This document shows positions 49,969 through 64,000 of a stretch of 64,000 nt of DNA, piece after piece; the stretch's first letter is position 1, and the number at the start of each line of letters is the position of its first letter. Source of the stretch: Pseudovirgaria hyperparasitica (Eukaryota); NCBI GenBank assembly GCA_010093815.1, contig ML996574.1; one strand, given 5' to 3'. A program made the position numbers and the translations under genes. The notes below the pieces were generated by a model that made no database searches, was not told where the DNA came from, and saw only the letters and a program-made list of their open reading frames with translations.

Positions 49969-50387
49969 CGTGGAATTGGAGCGGAAGTCCTGTCTCTTTC
50001 GCGACGGAGAGGTTTGCAGCTTGTAGGGGAGGTAAGTAGTAGTTGACGTTGGTGGAAAGGCGAAGCTTGCTTTAAAGAGCTCTATGCATACTTTGTAGAT
50101 GGATCTCACAAGCCGACAGGGATCATCCCGCGCGTGAACCTAGCGGCGCCAAGAACTGGGGATGGGATTAGGACAGGTTGTCAGCAAGTAAGCGGCCTGC
50201 TTTGAATAACGAATTAACATCTGTACTCTTCTTTTTCTCCTCTACAAACCGAGCCGATATAACACGGCACCATCCTCCTCGTTCTACCTAATTCTCCCAA
50301 ACCAACCGTCTCCCGTGCGCTGTACTACACTCTACGTTCTTCCTCACCCTCGGCTCCATACGTACAAACATATACATACACTCAACA

Positions 50388-50717
50388 ATGGTCTGTCGTT
50401 GAGAATGCTGCCCGGGAAGATGCATAGCCCTGACATGTTACCCTCCAGGCACAAACACCTCAGCAGCGTATGGCTAACGCCAAATACGCCAAGCGCGAAG
50501 AGGCAAAGCATGGCAAGCCTCAAGCGGCCCTGCAAAAGAAGGAGGTTCACAAGAGTCCCATCAGCAAGGGCTGGATTAGTGAGTTCTCGAAACACTCCGG
50601 AGAAGAGAGTCATCGTATTACAGAACATAAATGGCTGACACAATGTCAACCTTAGTCCTCCTTGCCTTCGTTGTTTGCGGTGGATTGATTGTCGAGCTTT
50701 TGAGGTTCTTCTTCTAA
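50388..50717 (+). CDS. RAMP4/SERP1 (YSY6-like) stress-associated ER tail-anchored protein, 64 aa; exons 50388-50390, 50449-50578, 50656-50717
   Basis: M|AQTPQQRMANAKYAKREEAKHGKP...KSPISKGWI|ILLAFVVCGGLIVELLRFFF*; canonical introns. Confidence 0.88.
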
Positions 50718-50926
50718 GCATATAAAGCACAAAATGAGAAGAGATTATGCTGCTGCTCAAAGAATAGTACTTGTCTGGTTGTACATCTCATGCATCGCTA
50801 TGGTGTCTACATATTGGAGTTCATGGAATATCCACGGTCACGGCTGGAGAGAGTTTACGATTAAAAGTGTGGGTTGCTTCTTTGTTCATATGCTATAGCC
50901 TATACAATGCAGTGTACAGATCTCAT

Positions 50927-53900
50927 CTAAGACCCTGAGGGCTCATCAAGAGATATCAATCTCCGTTTCTTCTTCTTTTTGGGCTTCGCGTCTGGTTCTC
51001 CATCCGCTGCCCCCTCAACTAAAGCGTCAGTCCCTTCGACAGGTTTCTTCGCCTTCTTTTTCTTCTTAACGACAATGGCTTCTCCGCCTTCATCTACCGT
51101 TGGGGTATCATTCCCTTCAACCTTGGCTTTCGGCTTCTTCTTCTTTCTTTTCACGACCGTGCCTTCAGGAGGTAGATGCTTGGCCTCTATCCTCTCGTTG
51201 GCGCGCTGCATCTCCAGCCGCATGCGTTCGACTTCTTTGATTGCTTTTGCCATTTCTGCTTCCTCTTGTTCCCGTCGCTCGATGTCAAGTTTGCTTACAT
51301 GATCCCCATCCTCGTCGAGTGATAGGCTACCAAGACCTGAGGAGTCGAGTTGCAGCAATGCCTTCTTACCCTTCGCCGAGGACCTTGGTAAGACCAGCTC
51401 AGGACGCGCGGATTCCAAAGACGATACGTCTTCACTACCAAGATTCTCATCAGTCAGTATCTCGAAGTTTCGCCTCGTTTTTTGTTTTGGGGGCGCTGGT
51501 CCTGGACTCCTGTCACGAATTTGACCAGCTTGTGAGAGATCGAGATCCATGATCGGAATGGAATCGATATCAACCTCTTCTCCGTTGTTCGTTCTCAGTA
51601 CGTTCGGAGTTGACGTACCGGATCCTTCAGCAGGTATATAAAAGGGGTCGTCCTTGTGTCGTTCTCTACGTTCTGCCTTCCTTCTCGCGACGATGTCCGG
51701 ATCAAGATACTCTTCTTCTGCACTCCTCTGGTAGGATGTATACTCTGATTTTGGCTGCTCTAAGCGATCTGCTGCAGCCACAGGCTCTGGTCGCGTACTT
51801 GGCTTCTCGTAGTAGGCTCTCGAAACCTCGTCTTCGACATCGGATCCTAGAGCAGAATCATACTCCGCTTGCCGTAGTAGAGATTGTAGACTATTATTAA
51901 TAGGAGCATCCAGATCTAGCTGATCGGGAGGAGTGACACGTTTCTGCGCACCGGGAGCCACAGGATTTAGTTCCATACCCATGAAAAGAGACGGTATAGC
52001 TTGTGTAAGCAATAATGGCGGGTCAGCAAAGTCTCCATGGGTGTCTCCTGTCTCCTGTGCGGACGCTGCTTCGGATGAAAGTCTCATGAGCTCAAGATAT
52101 TCAACAGCTCGTTCTTGCACTTCCAAGTCTGGGTGCATGGCTAGAGGTTCCAAAAAATGAATCACTCTGGCTACCAAGAGAGACACAATTGTCTTACGCT
52201 CTGGGGTCCATGAGATGCTATCGCTCCCTGATAGATGTGCGAATACCTTGGGCACAGCCTGAATGAAGGTGGCGAGCGTTTGATTAGGTAAGTTTATGGT
52301 CGAAGGGTGTAGCAACGATGTCATGACAGCTTGAGGGTTCGTAGCCAGGTTTGCATATTCTCCCACGATCCAGGCGGCAGCCTCTAATACCCCTTGTCCA
52401 CCATTGCCTGATACTGTGAACATCTTGTCTCTGGTATCCACAAGTACTAATGATTGAGCCGCTTCGGTGACCTCTGGCCGAACACTTTTGACCCTCACAG
52501 CTACATTACGTAGCTCGCGACCGATATCGTAGGATATATCGTCAGAAGTGAGACTATGGCCACCTCCTGTGTACTCCATGGCTCCCGTAGTACCCTTTAC
52601 CGATGGACAAACCCGCACCAATTGGACCAAAACGTCGATATACCAGTCGAAGTCGTTGATATTCGCATATGTGTCGCGAGCACACATTTCTATGATTCTT
52701 CTAATCACGTTTATCCGGTAATCTTCTGGCAAAGGCGGTGCTTGGTCTGAACGAATCTCGGCAGGGCGTAACGATTCTTCGGCCTCTGAGTCATCTGAGT
52801 CTGCATAGGGTACCACACCGCCATGATATCCTCTATCGTTCTCCGGATCGGCTAGAGCGGACTCAATTGGCGCATTACGTAGCTGTCGCATCAATCGAGC
52901 GATTATTGAGACGAGGTTGTCGGGAGATACCAGACCCACGACCAGGTCGAGGGCTCGTGTTCGTATTGATATATCTGGGTCGTCAATACATTCAAGGATC
53001 ACATCTTGGTGTAACGAGACCAGTTGTGGATGCGATGAAACAATGCTCTCAAATGCAAGTAAGGAGACGTATTTGACTGCAAACGTAAGTAGGGGCGTAA
53101 ACCCTTTCTGGAAAACTCACGATTGGGGTCGCCCTCGATGACCAGCATGCTTCGTAATTTGCCAACGCATAGCTTCGCTATTTCGTCACCTTCCACGGTT
53201 CCTTCTATGCTTGCTAAGATACCACCTTGTATAATGCCGTGGATACATTCGTACAAGAGAGACATAGCAGGGGTCGTCTTGATGATATTTGTCAAGGGTG
53301 GTAGAAGCTTCTTCACGAGACGTGGTTCAAGGGGCGTCAGAGTTGCAAACTAGACACAGTAAGTCAAACGTCGTCGGGGGATCTTCCCATTGCCATACAA
53401 GTTTTATGATCTTGATAGCCATCCAATTATTTCCACCTTGAACTAGCAAGTCGAACAATCGCGGGGCCAAAGGGAGGAAGTCCTGAGGTCGCCGCCATCC
53501 CAGCTCGCAGATTACGTTCACGACAGCAGCAGTAACGCTGGGGTTTTCGTTCTCATCTTGTAGGCGCTCTTTAATCCTGGGCCAAGCGGGACGCAAGGTT
53601 TCTGGGTACACTAATGCCAACCGATATAACGTTACAATCGTCTTCTTCCTTATGAGGGGGCTCGAGTGTGTGAGTCGCGGAAGTATGTCTGAAAGCAGCG
53701 AGTTGGCCATGGAAGGATTGATCACATGTGGGACAGCTATAAGAGGGAGCGATATCGTAGTCAAGCTCGGAGATGTCAGGTCCTAGACCAGCGTCAGAGC
53801 ATCTTTTTACGCAGGCCTTGAAGGGTGGTACACACCTTCTTCAATTGGTTTTCCGCCAACATGAGAACCTCAGTATCTTGTCTGAAGCTTTGGACTGCCG

Positions 53901-54258
53901 CCAGGTATCCAACCCTTTTCTGAGCAAACTTCTGCGACGATATCACCTCCAGTACGTGGAACGAGGCCCATGACATGTCGTGACCAAACATTTCGAGATA
54001 CGTGAGCTTTAAAAGCGCGGTCGCCTTGAGGTCTGAGAGTATTCCTTAGCACTGAGCACCTGGGATCTGACTTTGATTTCCTCTGACCCATATCGGACCC
54101 TCTGATTTCCTTCCTGCATTCTCGTATGCTCTCTTGTATGTATTCCCTCTCGCCGCCCTTGTGGTTCCGCAGGCCACGGATGAGGTCATATAGAGACTTC
54201 TCAAACCTAAGTAGACGTTTTAGCTTGACGTGGGATCTTATGTCCCATAGACCTACAT
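50927..54258 (-). CDS. APL5: AP-3 adaptor complex delta subunit; multi-exon, start codon split by an intron
   Basis: MFEKSLYDLIRGLRNHKG, KLTYLEMFGHDMSWASFHVLEV, KRVGYLAAVQSF, NNWMAIKIIKL, DPDISIRTRALDL, HPDLEVQERA, ELNPVAPGAQKRV; Lys-rich tail. Confidence 0.95.
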
Positions 54259-54616
54259 TTTAGCGGTCTGAGGCTCAAGCCTGCGGCAACGTCCAGGTTG
54301 CCTATTATTGAGCGATGGTGGTGGGGTAGCGGTCGGTCAAGTGTGACGAGTGCCCGAGAGACATAGTCGAGAAAGTGACACTCGTTAAAGTCTATAGGAA
54401 GTACATGAGCTTCACTTCAATTTAAGATTCGGAGAGTGTATGTGTAATATGTGTGCTCTATAGTTATAAGAATGGGCGCATGTCCAGTATATCAAGACGA
54501 CCGCGTTCCGAACTAAGGCCGCTAAAGCTTCATCCATCAACAGTATCTCGTAACAAGCATCTAACCTGCCAACCTCCAGCCAATTCTTCCAGGTTCGAAT
54601 ATAACAACTTCTAGAC

Positions 54617-55694
54617 ATGGCTTTCCCTGATCTGCTGCACCCGCCCTCGCACACATCGCAGTCCTCCGCTCTCCGCCTCTCACAGGAAGCTCCGCGCATC
54701 CTTGCCAAAGCACCGACAAGCTCTCTCCCATACCCGCTCTCCCTTCTCTCCTCCTCCGAAACCGAAGAGACATGGACCATATACGAAAACCTCTTCCTCT
54801 CATGTCTAAGGACAGGAGACAATGTCTCCGCACGGAAATGCATCGACCACCTCACAGCCCGGTTCGGCGCGGTCAACGAGCGCATAATGGCACTGACGGG
54901 CATATACAAGGAGGCTGCGGCGGCAGACACGGCAGCTCTAGTGAAGGTACTAGACAAGTACAATGAGGCAATCCAAGCAGATCCAACGAATATGGTAATC
55001 CCAAGCATGCCATTTCGAACGCCAATCACTGACTGAGCCTAGCCTGTCCGGAAACGCAAAGTTGCAACCCTCAAAGCTCTCAATCGCCCTGCGGATGCCA
55101 TTGCTTCTCTTGTAGAGCTCCTCGATCTCTCGCCCACAGATGCAGAAGCCTGGTCGGAGCTCTCAGACCTATACCTTGCACAAAGCATGTTCTCTCAGGC
55201 AATATACAGTCTCGAAGAGGTCCTGCTGATCTTTCCAAATGCCTGGGCCGTATGTTCACCTTAACATCAACCACGACAAACTACAGCGCTAACATTAATG
55301 CAAGATGCAAGCTCGCATGGGCGAACTCCTCTACCTCTCCTATCTCTCATCTCCCGCCGACCCCTCCACGCTCAGCGAAGCTCTGCGCCGGTATTGTCGC
55401 AGTCTTGAGCTTTGTGACGACTATTTACGCGGCTACTACGGGCTCAAAATTACATGTCAGAAGATTCTTGAAAATGCACCCAAGACTAGCTCCAAAGCAG
55501 TAGCCGCTTCAGAGGACTTACCGCCCCCGAGTCCTGCAAAAGTAGAGAAACTCCACGAATTGGCAACAAAGAAGCTAGCGGAAATTGTGCGAAGAGCCAG
55601 TCAGCAAGAGCCAGGTTGGGATGGCTATGATGAGGCGGAACTGATAGCGGCAAGAGCACTACTAGATAGAGACGCAGAAGTTATAGTGAGGTGA
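54617..55694 (+). CDS. EMC2: ER membrane complex subunit 2 (TPR protein, EMC2/Oca3-like); 3 exons
   Basis: WTIYENLFLSCLRTGD, DPTNM|PVRKRKVA, SPTDAEAWSELSDLY...QAIYSLEEVLL, RYCRSLELCDDYLRGYYGLK. Confidence 0.88.
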
Positions 55695-56046
55695 AAATAC
55701 AGAGTGTCAACGAGCTTTGCACCATACTAGGGATCAGCACGTTTGCTGTGTGAACGGAGGCGTGTATTGAAAGAATTTAGGAATAGGTGTGCTATCGTCA
55801 CTATGCTAAGGTTGCTAATGTGCTGATCTGCTACGTCTATATAGAGGCACACCCTATGCGGACTCCACAAGGTTGAGGAGAGACAAAAAGTGCCGAAAAG
55901 GATGAACAGGAATGAGAATGAGGGGATATCGCAAACCTCGCTATGCCAGTGCACCAAATCATTTAGTCATTACCATGTGCCCAACAGCACCAACTGATGT
56001 AAGCTGGCCCCTATGTTGGGCGCCATGCATACCGCATGTTTCAAAA

Positions 56047-59000
56047 TCATTGCCCATATGCCACTATTCTATCGTTAGTAGATGTCTCAAAAAGAACATA
56101 ACATGGATACCTACAGGCAGGGATCACAATCGGACCAAACTTGAGTGACGTATTGTACTGCCCATCCCCTTGGACCATAAAATCGACCGCGATGCTCAGT
56201 CTCCCAGCTGAGCCTCCATTAGCTTGCTGTCCTGTGAAGTTTCCATGTACAACATCCGGATCATAAGCGACGCATGCCACGTAATTGCGCCGGCCCATAA
56301 GGCGTTTCATTTCTCGTGGTTGGCCATTCACATCCTGAGTGAATATCTCCATCATGTCCTCTTTTGTATCAGATACGACATTTGTGCTACGATGGCCGTT
56401 GGCAGGGACGTAGAGCTGTTTGTTATTGTGTAGGAGGCGAAGTACGTATGAAGAAGGTGGAGTGTTGACGATCGAGGACGATATGATCTGATACATGGAC
56501 TTGTGATCCTGTGGCTTGGACGGGTCGTGAAGAAGGCCAGCACCGCAGCAGTTGACATCTGTGTACGTCGTCAGCTCTATTGAGGTTGAGATCAAAGATA
56601 AAATATTACCCCCGGAAAGGAAAGTCATGCGGAGAGACTTGTTGTGTGCGATGCCTTGTAATGTGCGGATGAGATAGGTTCGCTCGAGATCCTACATGTC
56701 ATGGTCAAAATAAGCCGAATTCCTGACCTTCCTCGAACTGACCTTTGAATCATGTGTCCACTGATCTCGGAGCTCGTCAAGCATGTCAATATCGCCGAAT
56801 GGACTGAGGATTCCGCTCATTAGGCCGGACTTTCCAACCGCTTTCTTTACTGAGCTGAACCCATCTCCGACCATACTCTTCGCTCCTACCACCCCAGCCA
56901 TCGAACTGGTAACTTTACCTAGCATGTTGAAAGTACCAGTCACGGCCTTCTTGCCAGTTGCCATAGTGCTAGCTAAGTGCTCTACGGATTCGAGTCTAGG
57001 GTAAACAATCGGGACCGGAATCATCCATATACAATGCTGTACGCTATGTGGAAGCATCGCAATCTTTGGAAAGAGCCCCTGATACGTTGGACCAGCCATG
57101 ACCTGATGTGGATTTCGCTCCGAACGGCAGTCTGGGCCGACTACGACAACAGCAGGTCCCAGGTATTTTACAAAGTGCCAACCAGTTCCTGTAATGGTGA
57201 AGAGATCTTGATCACCACTAACATTACGGAGAATTTCGAGTGTAGTATGATGCTGGAACAGCAAGTACATTTCGATGCCTATCCTCCCAATGTTCTTAAA
57301 CATGTTAGAGAATTGCATATACTCAGGGTACGAGCCAAAACCATCAAAACTAGGTAAGAGTCAGTACTTACTCCTACAGATAACCTGCCAGTGTACACTT
57401 ACATATCATGGTCATCTAGGGTCAGAATGTGAGGTATCTGAGCGAAAGCTTCTCGTAGCTGTGGTTGATCAAAGTGGCTAGTATAATAGTGAAAGTAGGC
57501 GTGTGTGACGTCTTCTTCATGCTTTGCTGTCCAAGGGGCATTTTTGCGTATCTCTTTGCCACTCGTCGCCGTCCATTGCTTGAGAAGAGGAATTTCCTTC
57601 CATATTCGATCAGCATAAATTTGGTCTCCGAGGCCTAATTGAACGTGGAAACCTCCACATTCAGCATGTTTCTGCAGAATATCTTTCCACATGAATCCTA
57701 CGCCACCAAGCTTAGCGCGCTCATTCTGATTCACATTCAAGGCAAAGTCGTTGCCTGAGTGCGCAACGAATCGCCAGCTAGTCTCATAACGCCCCGCGAC
57801 CAAGAATTCATATCGCGTACAGCCGAGATGAGATGTAATGGCATACGTCCATTTCGCCGCATGATCATCCTCCATTTTCAAATCGATGTCATATCTGTAG
57901 AACATCCATCGTTGGTGAGTGTATATAGGATTGGCTTTCAATTGACGAGGGTTGGGGGAAAGATCAATACTCTGGTGAATATGAATGGTAGGCGGTTGGG
58001 GAGCATCAGTGACGAGTAGAATTGAGCCAAGCCAGAGTCCACGCTCAATATCCATATTGGTGTAGCGCAGGTATGGCCCAAAGTACACACCATTCGTAGG
58101 TGCAACCTTAAACATGTCAATACCTGCTGTGGGGGGTGGACCTGTAAACCCTGTAGTCGTAGGGGTGGCCAGGCCAGCCATGCTCATCATATTTTCTTGG
58201 TACGTCGCATGTTGAGTAGTAATACCTGGAGAAAGCAGAGGCTTGCTAAATGAGCTAGTACTAGGAGACGTCAGGGGATTCACAAAGGTACCAACTGGTG
58301 ACATGGGCTCGTTGAGGTTGAGCGGAGTTGGCCCTTTTGGAAATTCCCATTGTGTCGACTGTGTTGGAAGGTGTATATAATAGTACTGCCCAGAGTTCTG
58401 ATCCAGATGCGCGATCCACCCTTCTGGTAGAGGAGGAGGAGATGCAGGCCCAGGACCAGGGGCTGGAGAAGAATTTACCTGGGCATACTGTACTGGTGTA
58501 GAACCAGGTTGTAAATTGGAAGGACCAGCCTGTTGCCGGGGATCATTGGCGAATGCAGGATGTGATTGCATGCTTGGATCCGCTGGAGCAGTGCTCGGAG
58601 TTGGTTGAGTCACCACTGGGCGCGGTTTCTCGTTAGGATAACCTTGGGCTGTACTGGTCCCACCTCCAATGCTCGAGTATGCGGGTGGTGGTTCCTCGTG
58701 AATATTGAGCCGGTTCATTTCCTGTTCGATAGGGTGTTCTGGGTGTATTACAGGTGCTTGAATGCCACCTTGCCCACTGCTATGCTGCTGTAACGGTATT
58801 GGTGCCTGACTTGGCGGGGACGATCCTGTTGCAGCGGGCGAAGATCCTCTGACTTCTGTAGGCCCTTGGTATACCATCGGTGGTCCATGAGGCTGACTCC
58901 CTGGCTGCTCAGTCGGTGTCCACGGCCGTCTTGGAGGCTGCTGCTGTTGTTGAATTTGAGGCGGCGGCGTGGGTTGCTGGACGGGTTGTCCCCCACCGAC

Positions 59001-59906
59001 ATTCGTCCTAATTGGGGGCGGACTTCCGTATTGATTCTGTCTTTGGGAAGCAGCTGCGCTTTGTGCTTGTATGTTACTGAGAGTTGATGTTCCGGCAATG
59101 CCTGCAGCTGCATAGCGTGCTTCGATATCACCATCTGGAGGCCCGACTATTGGGGTTTCTGGAGGTGGAGGAGAACCACGTTGTGCTTTCGTGGTGGCGT
59201 TCGAGGCTGTCGAACTCAGGCGGTTGACGCCTCCGGGATTTGGTATTTTGAGACCCGAGCCTTTAGAGCCACCTCCATTGGGTGGAGGCCAGTATTGCTG
59301 GTGGTATTCTGGGTACGGATTTGCGTTTGCAGCATCCCCCGGTACCCCTGGAGGACGGGGTGCCTTCTGGAACAGATCTTCCTTGTCAGGCGTCTCTGGT
59401 CCTGGAGATTGTGGCAAAGGTTTCGGAGCGGTCCCTCTCCTCTCGCCGAGGGACTGCTTTGGCGCAGCCTGCTGCTGCGCATAGCCTGATAATGTTGGTC
59501 GGTTCGGATCGTTCGCATCGAATTTGACTCTGGTTGAAGGGGAACCAGAAGTTTGGCTGGTATTCGATCGACGTCTTCCACTTTCCACTGCTGTCGGATT
59601 CTTCGAGCTTCGTTCTCTTTCTGAAGACATTGGGCTGTATACTGGCCGCGCGGCCGGGCGATCGTCAGGATATGGTAGAGGAGCAGTGGGGGCTTTGGTA
59701 GGAGGTGGGAAAGCTTGTTGCGCCGCCCGACCATAAGCTGCTGAGGCACTGTCTGCGGATCCGGTACGCTGGGCGGGCGAGACTGGTGAGTTGTCCTTCT
59801 TTTGAATCCTTAGAGGGCCCACGGTAGGAGTCTCTGGGTCATTTGAGGCTGGAGGGCGCATAAAAAGCTCCTCGTCGGCTCGTCCTTGGCGCCGTTGGCC
59901 ATCCAT
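56047..59906 (-). CDS. WW-domain plus PhoD-like (alkaline phosphatase D superfamily) metallophosphatase-domain protein; multi-exon
   Basis: WW domain LPEGWIAHLDQNSGQYYYIHLPTQSTQWEFP; PhoD-type motifs GLGDQIYAD, LDDHD|IFDGFGSY, PDCRSER, DELRDQW and TFLSG. Confidence 0.88.
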
Positions 59907-61400
59907 AACTTCAAGAAGCAAGCACACGTCTGGTATTCTTTATGCGCTTCCGAATCTGCTGTGGCGTTGCTCCGTGTACGTTGTTGTCGTCCGTTGCGGG
60001 GTCGTGGGATATAAATGCGGGGTCCTTGTGAGCGACTCGTATGATGCGCAGGTAGGAAGAAGAGTCAGGAGCTTTGAAGGAGAGAGGAGTTTGAAGTATG
60101 AGGCAGTGAAGAGCCCGAACACTAGGCAGATGATTCTGTGACGTTGTCGTATCACAGGCCCCAACCTGGGCTTGCAGCAATGAGGATGGACTGGGCAGCA
60201 AGGAGGGTGATGATGATATGATTGGCCGACGAGCCGCGCGCGTTCCAAATCGTCACGCCAAGCGTACTCCACCGCCCTTGCTTGCATCCCATCATCCATG
60301 ACAAGCTTGACGAGGTCTCCATTTGGGTCCGCAACTTATCTAAACGAAACGGGCGGTTTTAATATCATTATAGATATCACGAAATCGTTGTATACTAGAT
60401 CTGGTCTTAATAGGATTGAGTAAAATTGATAGGATATCCGACATGTAGGATGACTTCATATATTCACCTCGTGCGTTATGTGGAAGAATGGTTTGGTTAC
60501 CAGCATAGTAGTATTTGTGAGCTATCTCATCCTTTGATTATCAGTGCAGATGTCACCTCCAATCTGCTTTCATCCTTGCAAATGTTGCTATCCGTGAAAT
60601 CCTTGCTGTCGCTCCTCTCGGGCAGATAGAAAGTATAAATCTATCTACCTCGACCATGTGCAATGCCCAAGGAGCTTCTCAGATAGCCCGGCCAACACGC
60701 ATTTTACTTTTGAAACGCCTGAAGTGCTTACGATCACGACTTTTGAGCCGTCACTGCGATGAGACATTCGCGAAACCAAAAACATTCATGTGTCTTGGCC
60801 ATACACGCAAAGATAAAAAACCAGGATGAAGTCGCTTTTATAGTAGGAGGATCGACAATATCGAAGAACCGTAGAGCCGATGGAGAGCAGAAAAGCAAGA
60901 TAACCTCAGCGGACCGAATTAGAGCATAAAGCCGCGAAGCCCGAAAGTGAGATCTATCAGTGGAACCCCTCCGTTACTGAAGTAGGGAACTCGGTAAACG
61001 TGAACAGTCGTAACGCATATCGTATCGGGGTTGTCTAGGCAGGCAAGCAAACTTCCTCTTTTGCTCGCTCGCTAAGACAATATCGTATCCATCGGCGTGA
61101 TGGAGCATGCGACCGTTCGCGTATGCGTTCAAGCTCCAGTATGCAAGTGAGCCCCAGCAGTGTAAGGCAAAGAATCTCGACGCTGTCTATATGCTGTTGG
61201 GTATGATCGCGAAGTTCCGGGCTTGCTGGTGAGTCCAGAGGTATCGAAAGGAGATAAATCAAAGGCAAACTCTAAACGTTGGAAAAGAAACAGGGAAAGT
61301 ACTCGATAGTCGAGTGTGCTCGTCGGGTGATGTCGATAAGCAATAGAGCATATCAAGAGCCGCGGGGCCGTGACGAGTTGAGGCCGGCGATGCGAGTAGA

Positions 61401-63854
<2,454 letters not shown>

Positions 63855-64000
63855 CGTGACAAGTCTAGGAAGTCGCGGAACGATTTCAGGAGGTAGCCTT
63901 GTGTAGGTTCGCGGTGAGCTGAATATAGTATTAAGTCGTGATGTTAAGCGTAACAACAGTGGCCCTACAGATCCGATGAAGGAATGTGTAGAGTACGGCC

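Overview
Eukaryotic, intron-rich, gene-dense DNA from a filamentous ascomycete (Pezizomycotina; Dothideomycete-like is my inference). It has short GT-AG introns with CTRAC/CTAAC branch points. I can support 25 protein-coding genes, several reconstructed by hand across introns because the six-frame track fragments or misses them: an EEP/AP-endonuclease (5'-truncated), a Gig30-type fatty acid elongase, an atypical membrane-anchored kinase, a PHD-finger protein, APC10, a MetX-like alpha/beta hydrolase, poly(A) polymerase, an atypical Hsp70, a PAP2 lipid phosphatase, a GH28 endopolygalacturonase, DUF1770, calcineurin B, ERG2, a ham-8-like protein, ILM1, an INA17-like protein, RAMP4/YSY6, AP-3 delta, EMC2, a WW+PhoD-like protein, DED1 and several uncharacterised proteins. 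I saw no tRNA, rRNA, CRISPR array, transposase or secondary-metabolite cluster, and no self-contained novel multi-gene system. The most interesting signals are mostly regulatory or structural. (1) A long, structured DED1 intron at the motif-V position with an alternative donor that would include a stop codon. (2) An SRE plus CGG-N12-CCG cassette in the ERG2 promoter. (3) A hairpin-forming, introner-like intron and a GARE site at the polygalacturonase. (4) A spliced uORF in the very long PHD-gene leader. (5) A predicted lumen-facing HDD/DYG kinase. (6) Clustered TGACTCA sites ahead of a small unknown protein. (7) Recurrent ~1 kb C-rich to G-rich skew-switch islands. All exon boundaries were read by eye and no database searches were run.
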